In this document: piece after piece, positions 26,401-38,562 of the stretch
Position numbering within the stretch: position 1 is the first letter of the stretch
Layout: each line of letters starts with the position of its first letter
Origin: Dicyema japonicum
Taxonomy: Eukaryota; Animalia; Dicyemida
Assembly (NCBI GenBank): GCA_011109175.1
Contig: RDEW01000030.1
Coordinates: forward strand, 242,094 to 306,093
Direction of reading: 5' to 3'
Length of the DNA: 64,000 bases
The notes under the pieces: generated by a model
The model's database searches: none
Told to the model about the DNA's origin: nothing
The model's input: only the letters and a program-made list of their open reading frames with translations
Program-made: the position numbers and the translations under genes

Positions 26401-26564
26401 TCTTCGTGTATGATTTCTGATATTCGATCCTTACGGGGTGAGTATTCAACAGATGATGAATTTTGTGTTGGAGACTCGTCTGGATACGGGCATGGAGTTG
26501 GGACATTGGAGGAAATATCGTTTAGTTCATTAGAAAGGGAGGTTTCGTTGAAATTTAAAGACAT
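20468..26564 (-). CDS. BPTF: Nucleosome-remodelling factor subunit BPTF/NURF301 (DDT, PHD, WHIM, four C-terminal PHD fingers, bromodomain); multi-exon
   Basis: DDT (PKSSRDLMIP..AVYELIRKL..FRIETFCSAI), PHD1 CRKC..CAFC..HESC..CVLC, PIGTDRTGREYYYMSRR, PHDs LYCICRTPYD..FYIGCD..WFHG.C, and bromodomain LKKHKMAWPFVEPV..YPDY..P.DL..IFTNCRMYH. Many 21-26 nt GT-AG introns restore frame. The middle exons were not all traced. Confidence 0.92.
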
Positions 26565-26911
26565 TTCAAAAGTTTAATTTCCAGAAAGTGTTATTGCGTT
26601 CTGGGTTACAATCTGAAAAAATAAAAATATATTTGAATTAATTAATATATAATAAATATAAATAAATAACTGATATATTAAAATGAGTAGTTTGTATGTA
26701 TTTTTTTGCTTATCTACAAATCACAACAGGTCCTGGCTAAGTAATATTTATGCCGATTAAAAGAATAAATATTTAATATTATATTATTTATTATTTTAAT
26801 TATTTTTATTGTTCGTTTCCTTATTTAATAATAAAAGCTACCTTTCACTTTTTTGCGCAGTTGCCCCGAAGGATTCCTTTCTGCTCTTTGCCTTCCTCAA
26901 TTCATAAGTAT

Positions 26912-27005
26912 CGTCATAGGACCCTCCTAACTCAGGAGACGCGCAGTTTTTTGGCCGGGACCTAAAAAGGATTCCTTCCCTACTCCAGTGGAGGGGTTCC
27001 CTCAA
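26912..27005. repeat. Dispersed structured repeat, copy B
   Basis: CGTCAT..CTCCT-AACTC-AGGAG-ACG and CCTACTCCAGTGGAGGGGTT; homologous to 5732-5830. Confidence 0.6.
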
Positions 27006-27699
27006 TAGCGGATACGGATGGATGTGATATATGTAAAGGCCAAAGATGATAGAGCTGGAGATATGGCTCTTATACTAGCTCCTTATTAAGATCAGGATAT
27101 TCTATTAAATTACGTTTAGATCCAAATCGATAATACCTCCAAATATTAAGATTGTATAAGAATAATTACACAATGTTATTATATAGAGTTATTCATCAAA
27201 AAATGGTCTTATTAAACCTAGTAAATTCATTTCAAACTGTATTAATTAGTTTTCTTGAAATTTAATTAATGAATACAAATAAAATTCACTGTGGATTTTG
27301 CCATAGTCATCAACTTGATCATCAACTTGTATAAGGTGAGCATAAACTGTCGGAGACCTCGGATTTTGCAGAAAACATCCAAGCTGGCATTTACTGGAGC
27401 TATTAATAGCCTTTTGAATAAGAAGTAAAGAAATTGTAAATTCTGTCAGCTCCAGTCGTTTCCTCGTGAGAAGGGTAAGAAACTGTGTCACCAAACATCT
27501 TTCGAGTGTCAAATACTCCACTTGACTCGGTCATTAAGGGCTTGGTCTCACCTGGACCAGATTTCACAGATCCTTTTCGGTAGGACAAGTTTCCGAGAGC
27601 TCCAAAGGTTTCAACAGTGTTACTTTACCAGGGAGGTCAACATACTACCGACTTTTCAATTTTTTGGCCTTCCCACAGGATGAACAAGCCTTGGCAGTT

Positions 27700-28880
27700 C
27701 TCTGATGGAAATTATTTGAAGCGAAAGTGTCCGTACACGTGACGTCACAAAATATTGATTTTCTAGCAGCGATCGGAGGATGATCAATCTATCTTGACTT
27801 CTTCCACCTCGTTTTCACATCCCGGCAGGTTCGAGTACCGAGGAGAAGCCACGTCGATTGACTTCTTTCAATGCTTTATCCTGGGGCCCTGTCGGTGCTC
27901 AGCATTCCTCCTGGAAGCGATTTGATACAGTTCCGCTACACATATCTCCTAATCTGGTACAATTCAGAGGAGGCGTTAGGAACAACTGACAAACAAGGTA
28001 GTGCTGGCTGGAGGATTCCATAATCTTTTCATAATTTTTCTTGCATTCCTTGGTTCTCCAATGACTAAGAGTACGATGGGGAAAGTAAACGTCTTCTAAC
28101 TGAGGAGGCATTTAATCTAACGTGTCTCCTACCATCATACCTCTCAGTTCCCCAAAAGAACAGCTTGTCCATTCAGAGGACTTCATATATCATTGGGACG
28201 GTTCCTTATTTTTCTCTCCCGCGCTAACTCTTGTATTGATTTTCTCTTCAATGAGGCGACCGAGCACATTTGTAACATTCACGTGGACTACGCCTTTTGA
28301 AAACAAGTCACACTTCCTGTCAGATTTAGTGACCCCTGAATTTGACCTTCTCTTGATTTCTCTTTGGCCTTGCATCTTTCATCTCTCGTAGGCTCCGATA
28401 ATATTGTCAAGATTCTACCCGAATTCTCTTTTAATCAGGAAGTCGGCCATCCATGGGAGAATTGGAATAGTTTTTTGTAGTCATCCATCTCCGAACCTGC
28501 AGTGGAGTCCGAACAATGTTGTTTTCAAGAAAAATTGATCTTTCGATGAGTTTGAACTGAGAATATTTTTAATTCTACTTGAAAGAGCATCAACATCAAA
28601 GGGACGTGTAGTCTTTGGGATCCTTACAGAGATTGTTCGAGAAAACGACGTCCGGGATAAAACTCAGGATTGACAGGGGAACAATCCCAGATATTTAACG
28701 TGTATGCGGAAGCCTTGTAGAGTTTGACGCAGCCTATGTGATAGTAGTTTCGCATCCGTAAAAGATACTCGTTTTCGCTTGTTGTTCTGGTTGCATGATA
28801 GTCATTTCCCGGTACGACTTTTCGCGCTTTCATGTTTATCTTCTTCAATTCAACGTTCCACCACAAGAACACGTTTTTTA
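27700..28880 (-). mobile_element. Highly degenerate CRE-like fragment
   Basis: VLEPAGM..G..QD and IFCDVTCTDTFASN resemble LEPxG..GKRPDG and LxWDVTCxDTFA. Confidence 0.45.
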
Positions 28881-29169
28881 TGAAGGACTATTTTTTCAAA
28901 ATTCCACGAACGTGAATGTATGACGCTTCCTGAGTGATCAACAGTAGCGAGATAATCCACACAGATTAACTGATAACCTTAATTTGTGCTGCTGGTAGTT
29001 TATTATTAGCACTGTCATAGGAACAAAATGTAAAAGATATTAACTAAATTCCCACGTGTGTCACACTTGAGACTATCCACTAGGTTTTTCCAGCATCCTC
29101 GGTTACAGGCCACACTATTAAGCATATAATGTTGTCTCCAGTTTTTAGTAGTTTTTTTCACGCACATCG

Positions 29170-29400
29170 AGTCACCTTGAAGAGTTCCAATAGTTATTCT
29201 GAAGTACCTTGATCGGTTGGGTCCAATCTTCATAGCAAATTCTGTGTCAGCGAGCAGCACACGAATCATCACAACAAAGTCGTTGTCCAGAATAATCTTG
29301 AGGAGTTCCATTAGTTTGTCTCTTAGGGTTAATTTTGAAATTCTGAGATATGACAGAACCACCTATTCCCCCATTTTACATCTGCAGTTGATCTTCTTGG
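29170..29400 (-). mobile_element. RTE RT fragment
   Basis: RDKLMELLKIIL..MIRVLLADTE..FRITIGTLQGDS aligns with RGKLLEVL..IQKLLQNTQ..SRGIPQGDS of the 44372-45589 ORF. Confidence 0.65.
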
Positions 29401-29759
29401 TCTGAATCCGCTTTTGAAGTTTAATTCATTCTAACATCATCAGATATAAGATTATCTTATTCAAGACTATGGTTGAACAAATTTTGTTTATGAGACCTTG
29501 TGATTTGTTTGATTTTTGAGGAGGAATCAACGTTCCCTCTTACTCGGTAATTCGGTGTTAATGTGGAACATTTCGTTTAGAATATTAGTTATTATCAGTG
29601 AAACTTTTCGTGGAGCGTATTTTACCAGTTCACCATTGATGTTGTCGTTTTCACGTTGTGTTACAGTCCGATCTCGTTTTGGAGAAAAACCTCAATTTTG
29701 GGGAGATTTTATCATTTTTAATATTAATAATGAAATGTTCCTTTAGGAATTTTTTCACC

Positions 29760-30690
29760 TAAAGATCTGGCTTACCCCGCGTATCTGTCCTCTTTGGGTT
29801 CTAGCCGACTGCTGATCAGGATGATTCTCCAACTCCAAACAGAATCGTCTGAAATCACAGACATGGAGCATTTGAAAGTGATGATGCCTGAGCAGAAAGA
29901 CCGTTACAGGACTATCTGCGAAAATAAATATGAGAGGTTTCTGAACCAATCAAACCAACACAGACGTGCCTGTCTAGGCACTGTAAGGTGTGAATGGAGT
30001 GGCGCTTGGATCAATGCACTCCCCGTTGGTAGTGTCGGGATCCATCTTGACGACGATACTGTCCGCATCGGCATCTCCACCAGACTTGGACTGGAAATTT
30101 GCCGGACTCACAAATGCCGGTGTGGCGCCATCGTCGATTGTTATAGACACCATGCCCTCTCGTGTCGAAGAAGTACAGGACGATTCATAAGACACAAGGC
30201 GATCAACGGAATTGTCAAGCGAGTCCCGGAATCTGCGGGATACCTCGCCATACTTGAACCTGTTGGCCTGGACAGAGGAGAGGGAAAACGTCCTGACGGT
30301 ATCACAATTTTCCAATTTGATGAGGGGAAACCTTTGATGTGGGACGCTACTTGTGTCGACCCACTGTTCCCATCCAACATTGTCGGAATTGCGGTTAACA
30401 CACTGTATGCAGCAGAAAAAACGATAAAGGCAAAGGAGAAGAAATACGGAGCGCTACGCGTCCGATTCGCGTTCTATCCCATTGTGGTCGAGACAACTGG
30501 AGGAATAAGTGGAAAATCGCTTCGCTTCCTATTGATACTTCGACGCTTTGCTACACTAAAAAGCCTCGACGAACGTGAGACCCTGTGGCTTCTCCAGTTG
30601 ATCTCTGTTGCAATCGTGAGAGGCAACGCAACGTCGATGATGTCGGCCACTTTGGATGGATGGTTGTGTTAATTAATTATTTACTGATTT
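29760..30690 (+). mobile_element. CRE-clade retrotransposon C-terminal part: CCHC knuckle plus RLE endonuclease (open 292 aa)
   Basis: SGAWINALP, CRCGAIVD..HHALSC..RH, LEPVGLDRGEGKRPDG, KPLMWDATCVD, KEKKY, PIVVETTG, AIVRGNA. Confidence 0.9.
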
Positions 30691-31019
30691 TGTAGCATAG
30701 AATTCTTGTAACAAACACCCAAATGGGGAGAATATAGTCCAATCTGTGCATTTATTTGTGAGGAATATGGCATCTCAAAGGGAGTCGGACTGAGAAGTGA
30801 AGAAATTCCATTTGAAGGCTGCTCTACGTAAATTGGGTAAATGAGCCCCAATTAAATGCGGAAGCTTATTAAGTTTTTCGTTCTTTGAGATTCAAAGGTT
30901 TCCTGATCAATGGAACAACATTAAAACTTATTTCTTGTAAAATTGATAATAGGCATTCTAATAAATACTTTATTGCATGGGTGGTTCCACCAGTTTAAAA
31001 AACAATTTGATACAAAATT

Positions 31020-31350
31020 CAAAACCTTCAAGAAGGCCTGCGGGCCTGACAAAGTATCTTTAAACCCGAAGAGAGAGTCTTCTTCATACAGGCCCATTTT
31101 CCTAACCTGCACGCTATCATAAATTCTTGAAAAAAACTTGTACTCTCGGCTATTACTCCGTATCTTCCTCAACATAAACCAAAACTTGAAGATTTGATTG
31201 GCAAACTTTCTCTCTGGAAGATGTGGAATAGTCATCTGTAGGCATCTCAGATTAAGATTACAATTATTACCAAACGATGTGCCCTTGGGTTCTCCGCTCT
31301 CTCAGACTCTTTTACCTATTACTTCACGACTAGACAACTACGACAGACTG
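31020..31350 (+). mobile_element. Degenerate LINE RT fragment
   Basis: KACGPD, SSYRPIFLTC..ILEK, LANFLSGR and DVPLGSPLS. Confidence 0.5.
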
Positions 31351-31869
31351 TCTTTAACAAAGGTCTACAGAAAGTGAACGTTGTGTGTACAGTCCTTTAA
31401 ATTTGGATGAATCTATTGGAACACTGTACCAGCAAACCATCGCACCGTCTGTAGAATGTAGATTCGTGCTATCGGAGACTTGCTCCACAGACTCAACTCA
31501 ATTTACCGAACAATCATTCTTATGTTGGGCCCTCATGCAGGATCATCAGTCACTCCCCTACTCAGGGAAGCTATGACCCGTTGTCGTGGATCCGGATTCC
31601 TCTGCGAGGAAGATGGAAGCATTCTTCGCCTTCTATATCAAAGGCAAAAGAAAACCGATGTGTACAAAAGTTGCCTTCTCCAATTGGACTCCTCTACAGG
31701 AATGAGAGAAGACTCTTTCGTATGGTATTGGCGACAATGGAAGACCAAAGATGTTGGATGGTGCAGTTGATACCGGAATCTGAGATCACTTAACTTTTTG
31801 ACGTTTTTTCTGACTTTCTTTCCCTGAGATCCCGAGGCTATAAATAAACAAATCAAAAGTAATTATTTT

Positions 31870-33250
31870 ATCCCATCCGGTCCCTTTCCGTCTCCCTTGT
31901 CCAGGCTATAGTATAGAAAAGTGTCAGGCAGACTCTAGTGCGCGTTACACGACACCGTCCAAGTTAGTGTGCCCGGAAATCTCTTCGCACTTCTTCTTCA
32001 GGAGAAGAGATGATGTCCGTAAGTACCAACAATTCCGTTGCATGGACAATGCTGAGTCCGGTATATTATCAACTTCAGACGGATAGAGATCCGATGCGGA
32101 CTATCTCATCATCCAGACGGGTCGGTATTCTTCACATAGGAGTATAGAGAGGAGAGGATGTGGGGCGTGTTATATCTATTGGGGAACAAATACCGAGACC
32201 TCCGAAGTAGACTGGTAGGGTTACCTGATTCCAGATTTGATCGTTGAACTTGACTTTGGTTCGGTAGTAGAACGGAATAGTGAATTTATCCATTCGAGCT
32301 GTTATATTCACAGGAAACAAAGTGCACCACGATGTATGTGGTTCAGTTTAGATGCTGTCAGGGTATCCTTCAGAAGCAAGAAGGGCGTATGTGTGTCTAG
32401 TATTTCCAATTTTGTGAACGTTGACTTTAATTGTTGTTCTATTGGTATAAGAGCATCATCGATTCCTTTTTTTGTTAGGAGGCATTCAAGTATTTCGAGC
32501 TTTTTGACTGGAGTCTCTGTGGCCATAGGAATTAGTAGATGGAACGATGATATAATCGTATTCCTTTCGTGAAACTGGAATCTGAAATTACTAATCTCGT
32601 TTTTTTGCGGCGCTGAATGTTAGGCCTAAGTCTTCGAGTTGAGGTATTAGTCATCTTAGACTATCCAGTACATTATTGGGTTGTCCTCCCATGGCATAGT
32701 CATCCAAGTACCACACGTTTAGCGGCGTATAAACGCATCTTGTTAAACAGTCGATTCCAAGGCTGAACAGAGAAGGCTCCAATGGATCTCATCACTAGAT
32801 TCATGTATACGAGGAAATGATGAATTTACCATGTGCCAGGCTTGACTTTTTCCCGTAGGAGCAATACATAATCGTATATTGAGGGGTAAGGCGTGAAACT
32901 ATCCTCCACGATTAAATCGCGTCTTTGATGTCGATCTTGAAGATAATATACGGAATACTCTTGTTATTGAAAGTCTGCACAGCATGAATTGCTGCTTCCA
33001 ACCTCCCGGAGTGCCGACTCAACCTAGGCTGGTTGCAGGTATTTGATAAGCCTGGGGAGGAGACGAAAACCAGTTTTGGCACTAGGCGAAGGAAACCCAC
33101 AATGGGTCGACTCTTTTTTTTGAAAGCCAGTATTTTGGAAAAGAACGTGATGTGGTGGATCTGCTTGGAGCGAAGGAAAGTATTTCTCCTGTTACGTCCT
33201 CTTCAGATACAAGTAAACCAAGCGTTTGTCCAGGGAAGGTGGGATCCGCT
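31870..33250 (-). mobile_element. CRE-clade element, RT to RLE, degenerate
   Basis: FLRLVPKL..GRLEAAIHA..IFKIDIKDA, QVTLPVYFGGLGI, RLDDEIVRIG and GLDKGDGKGPDG. Confidence 0.75.
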
Positions 33251-33599
33251 GGTCGTTTGATGGGTTTTGGTGTTGCTAGGTGAGCATTGCGTGAGTCTCT
33301 GATGGTTCCAGAATACGGTTCTGATCAGGGGGAATCCTCATAGCGGATTCAGAAGAAAACTTGATGTTCTCCTTTTCGGTGGATTTGAGTGACTTCTCGT
33401 TTCCTCTCCCAGGAGTATGTTAATTGTACAGGGGGTGTATCAATCAAGTAATAGAAGATTATTATTAACACTATCATAGGAGTAAAATGTCAAATATCCT
33501 AATTAAGTTCCCACATGTCCCAAGCACGAGACTATTACAACATTTGTAGGTTGAATTCCAATAACTCTTGTGAAATAGTGACCACTTCCCGTAGTGGTG

Positions 33600-34030
33600 A
33601 GATTCTGATGGTAGGGGGCTGATTCGGTTATAATGTAACTCTTCTAGTCCACACTTGACTTTCTTCTCTTGAAAACATCCAATAGTGGCGCTGTAAGTAT
33701 TCAGGTCCTAGCTACGGAAATATCTTTCAAGCCTCTGATAGAATGTAAAATTCTCAGATGGTATCATATGTGATTAAGTCTTCGTGTAATTGGGTCGCAT
33801 CACTAACTCGACCAAAAAATGGAAGGAAATGATCGGTAATTATGTATCTCATTGAATCCGCTCTTCACCATTGTCTGTTGAATGCATCCAATAGCGGCAC
33901 CGTAAGTATTCAGGTCTTGCATAAGATTTCTCGTTTGGAAATATAGTTCGAGCCTCCTACATTGAACACAGTGAAATCCTCTAATAGCCTCATAAGTGAT
34001 TAAGAATGAAATTAAGTCGCGTCATTAGCT
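33600..34030 (-). mobile_element. Two tandem RTE APE-endonuclease N-terminal relics
   Basis: Duplicated CATCCAATAG(T/C)GGC(G/A)C(T/C)GTAAGTATTCAGGTC at ~33677 and ~33887. Peptides TVFNVGG and DLNTYGAAIGCIQQT resemble TLNVRGL and DLDHYKVSVCCLQET. Confidence 0.45.
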
Positions 34031-34429
34031 AACCCGAAATGCGAGTAGTTTATGACTTATGGATACGGAAGGTGAAATGAAATTATTCCAAAGACCAGGG
34101 GTAACTAGTTCCGTGATCTTGAAGCGTTCTAGTAGAACCCAGATCCAAGCACAGTGATCCAGAGGATATTGTCCGGGAAGCTGAGGTCGAAGCCAAAACT
34201 CGTCGCCAGGGAACAAAAGTAGTCTCCTGGTGGAATGAGGAGATGGATTCTTTTAAAAGAATAAATTTAAATATATTATAGACTTAAATGATTTGAATAA
34301 TATTCAACAAATACTCATAATCGGTGACAGCTCGAATGAGGGCCAGAAACAAGATGGCGAGATGGATGACTGCAAAACACGGCCCTTTTAGAGCTGCGCG
34401 AAAGAGATCTTGACTAACTAAATACTGAT

Positions 34430-34520
34430 AATTTAAAGTAAAGTTGACAGGTCTCCATTATGTCCCGCCGCATTAAGCACGAAATGGGGTTACCTCTCAT
34501 AATCGGGAGTCCAAACTTAA
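34430..34520 (-). mobile_element. CRE 3' end fragment
   Basis: GTCTCCATTATG.CC.GC.GCATT.AGCACG.AATGGG is shared with 57085-57125. Confidence 0.5.
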
Positions 34521-35179
34521 GCTTATTTATGTCTAATAGGAGGCTATGAACGAAGCTAATTATGCTGTTACTAGTTTATATTTTGTGGCTTATAATAATA
34601 TTTTTTGGAAATAATTTGTTGTCAATTTATAGAATCTTAAATAAACCACATTTTAGTCAATGTGGTTAATAACTTCCATAAATTAATCAAATATCGATAA
34701 TTCTTTGGCCTGACCAATGATGTCGTCACATAGCATCACATGGCACCACGCGGTTTTTAATGAAATTTTATTTTTAACAAGAATATTATTATTAAAAAAA
34801 CATAATTTTTTGTAATTAGTTAAAATTCCAAAATATTGGGACTGGTGTTTGATACGTGATTATTCTTCTCGAAACATGTTTCGTATTTATGCTCAACTTG
34901 CTCCGGACCGTAACGATGACTTTATTTGCTTGTCTACAGACAATTTATTAGACCAACGTTGCATTATGCTGCCTTCTAGGGCCCCTTGTCTATCTATTAC
35001 GAATATTTTTAAAAATCCAAAACTCTGTCCTCAGAATGATTACTGGTTGTCTAAAAGAGTCCAACTGATCACCTCCATTGGGAGTCAAAAATTCTCCCAA
35101 TTAAGGATCATTTCTAGATGCTATGACAGACAACCACTGCCTTTGGCTCATACTTGGAAAAATTGGTGTCAACAAATAC

Positions 35180-35620
35180 AATTCGAAGACTTGGATTGAA
35201 CAAGTCTCTTGGTCGCCATCCACCAGGCACCGATGTCAGTGAATCTTCTTTTCCTCGGATATTCGGGTAAACCTGGCATTTCATTAGTAAGTCAGCACAC
35301 TTTTTCTTATCGCATTTTGACTTTCTAGTTGACGAGCAGGCTTTGGATGCACTCTGGTGGATGATGTTTGCGGTATGGTCTCCGTGGACGTGACGTTCCA
35401 GACCAGAGGCTTCCCGACTTCAAACAAAAAAATGGACATCCCATCTGGCCATTTTCCATATCCCTACATAAGCCGACGTGTTCAAGAAGAAACGGATTAC
35501 TGGCTGTATCCATTGCCCGTCTTCTGACAACTTCGGTTAGGGCCTTGTGTCTGGAGATCTTCCGACCTAACCGACATGTATAAGGCCGTCTGTCAAATGG
35601 TAGTTTTGGGAACTCTCACA
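35180..35620 (-). mobile_element. CRE-like RLE fragment
   Basis: GYGKWPDGMSIFLFEVGKPLVWNVT on the minus strand. Confidence 0.55.
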
Positions 35621-35799
35621 TGTCCCATAAAGTTATTGGTAGTCCTGGTCCGAAAAAATTTGATTGATAATGTCACCAAGGTGGTCAGATAAAAGAACCA
35701 AAATTCGGATTCATCACAGAGATAGAAATGTCCCGGGAGGAAATAGGATAGGATTTTTCTGGAATCTCGATCAAGGGTTGGTTAATCCATGTTATTATT

Positions 35800-36060
35800 T
35801 ATTAATTCCATGCTTACAATCTTTGGTAAGCCAAGCACAAACAGTCACAGCTACTTAATCCGAAGAGAGAACCCAAGGGAGAACGTCTGTTTGTACCGAC
35901 CAAATCCATCCTCCAATAGTCCATGAGAAGTAGGTCTCCCTTCTTCCATTTCGTCATTCGTCTTACCGTCACAGACATCACTTCATTCATAGGCGGAAAG
36001 TTTTCATAATGGTAATCTTCACGAATGATTTGGTCAGGGAGAATCCATTTTAGACAATCG
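35800..36060 (-). repeat. Repeat family X, copy 2
   Basis: Homologous to 7400-7615 and 62400-62680; peptide MDYWRMDLVGTNRRSPLG. Confidence 0.55.
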
Positions 36061-36186
36061 ACGAACTATAAAAGGTCACTGATAACATTAATTTAACCAG
36101 ACATTACATTAATAATCGTCTTAAATTATTTTAATTATTTTAAATTAAATTAAAACAAAATCTCTGACGTGTGTCTTTAATTGTTT

Positions 36187-36429
36187 ATGTTGGGACTCTT
36201 TAGTAAGCAACTTTGTTTGATTTCGAACGTTTCGAAAAGACTTTACAAGAATAAAAACAGTGTCAAGAAAAGATGCCAGGATTGCTACTTTTTTTATTTG
36301 AATAACCAATTGCACGTGGAGTGTTTCTCATTCCCACATCATAAGTGCAGACAAAACATTAGCAGAGCCAAACTTGTCAGATATGACGCGTCCGACCCCA
36401 AACCACGTGACTTTAAGCGTAGTTATTAA
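36187..36429 (+). CDS. MRPL36: Mitochondrial ribosomal protein bL36m, intronless
   Basis: N-terminal leader then YKNKNSVKKRCQDCY..VEC..PHHKCRQ, the L36 zinc-ribbon pattern KKRCxxC..C..PxHKxRQ. Confidence 0.75.
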   Translation: MLGLFSKQLCLISNVSKRLYKNKNSVKKRCQDCYFFYLNNQLHVECFSFPHHKCRQNISRAKLVRYDASDPKPRDFKRSY

Positions 36430-38562
36430 TTTTTTTTAAATGGAAATATTTAATATATTGTTTTTTTAATATTTTTTGTACTTATTGGATATTGGGAAAT
36501 TTTAAAACGGTTACGGGAGCCCAGCCAAAACCTCTAAATTTCCGAAAAGTGATTCGCCCATCCAGGAAGTGTGTCGGCACTCGAGAGGAACACCGAGAAA
36601 GGATGAGGCGGCTGCTTAAGAAGGTCGGGATCACCTGACGGTCCCCTCTATTTTATTTTGTCGGTGATTCTTGGTTTTGATATTATGTTTACATTTTTAT
36701 GCGTGCTATTACGTTTATTGCTTGCAAAGATGGAATATCTCGCGGACAGACACCACAACTTCCTAAAAATAGCGAGGTCTTTGGAATCCCCTTCGAAGAA
36801 AAGATTCTTTCCTACCAGAAGTATGCTTGCAAATTTGAATGCAAATTTTCTCCCTTTTGGACGCTCTTGAAAGATCCTATAAAAAGCCGGAACAGAGGAA
36901 GATGCACTGTCACCGGGATCACCTAATTAAGACGATACCTTTTTCTCTTTCCTTGTTGCCGGGATTATAATAATTAATTACCTGCAAAGAACCAAAACCC
37001 GATTAAGTGAAGAACTTACACATGTGGAGGAATACCGATCAGTCTTGAAGAAGCGATTGAGTTCCTCCGCATGAATTAGAGAAGAGATGGGATCGGTGGT
37101 GACCACTCGTGGATAATCCAGGAGTTTCTAGAAGCCGGATCACTTAACGAGTTGGCTTTGACACTTTTCTGTTTGGTGGTCTTGGGTTTACTAAAGTAAA
37201 GAGTAAAATTTTTATTTCAAAGTCACTTGTAGTAAATTTACCGTCTGAAAACTAGGAATTACTGACTTGTGGCATTTTTTCTGTGTTTTTTGAAAGGGAA
37301 GTAGTACAAAGATACAACGTTCCAGGAAAAGTCTAATTTTTTTAATTTTTGTATTATAATGAGAACACTTGATTGATTTGAATGATAGTTGAGTAATTAT
37401 ACCGAACACCCCCAAAAATGGTGTAGACACTGTTTGTTACCTTCAAAACTCCATTCCTGAAGCATCCACGGTATAACCAAGTCGAACTCCAAACACATGG
37501 ATGATCCATTAGCATCTTTAACAGAATAAACGCAGCTGACTATTCAAGTGTATTTCCTTCAAAGGGGGATTAGACATGACTAGCCACAGGATTAGTCATG
37601 CCTCCTACTTACAAACTAATGAAAGAATTATTGATATTACTCCGATTGTGTCTCCTACTTCCATGTAACTAATTAAAATATATTTCATTTAAGTGAATCC
37701 AATAGGCTACCCAGTACTCCACTCGTATTCTCCTCAAGGATTTCCTCATGATCAAGTCGGGAGTGAATATACATAATTCTTTCATTAATTTGGCTATAAC
37801 CTATTCCAAAAAAGTACGTAGATACTTATCTCCAATTATAGACATGAAGTCCTTGAAAGCAATGTTCACTCCATTCGGGCACAAGATAATTCCAAGTGTG
37901 TTGTTCAATGTTGTTGTGGTCATTGTCCTTGAACATCAATGTCATCAAAACATCAAGTCCTGGTATATATATTTTAAAATATTATTGACTTTAATGTCGA
38001 TTAATTAAAATTGTCAACAATAATTGTATTAATTTGGGAATTTAGGCTATCAATGATGGTATAAACTCAACTGAATAACAGAAAACTTAGACGAAAATGA
38101 AAAGGCTAATTAATTTTCGAAATTATAAACTAACAAGAGAATTTAAGGCAGTCTGAAATTCCTAAAGATCATAATGTTTGAATCCACTTCTATTGAAAAA
38201 ATTTAAAGTGAATGAATCAAATTATGTAATTCAATTTATTGAATATGGAAAATAGACATAAAACACCGATCGATATTCAATACGGAAATAGTAGGAAGCT
38301 CAAAAAAATAGCCAGTACCGATTCTTAGTGATTTCTCAGATTTTTTTAAATTGTTTGAATATTCGAATTTGTTAGAATTTTTAGATATAAACATGTTTTA
38401 TACATTTTATGTCAAAAAATCGGATTTAAGTATAAAAACTAAAATTAATTAATAAAAGTTATATTTAAATTTAGAATATTATTATTTTTATATCAATTTT
38501 ATGGAATGTCAAACCATAATTAGCAATAAACTTTATTAACAAAAAAGTAAACCACGTGAAGG

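Noticed and set aside
20468-26564. Ciliate origin or reassigned stop codons as an explanation for tiny introns
   Set aside because: Long exons are open under the standard code, TAA and TGA end genes, and the gene set is animal-like.
37085-37180. Kinase-like peptide HSWIIQEFLEAGSLNEL
   Set aside because: Single short motif; no Gly-rich loop, HRD or DFG found nearby.
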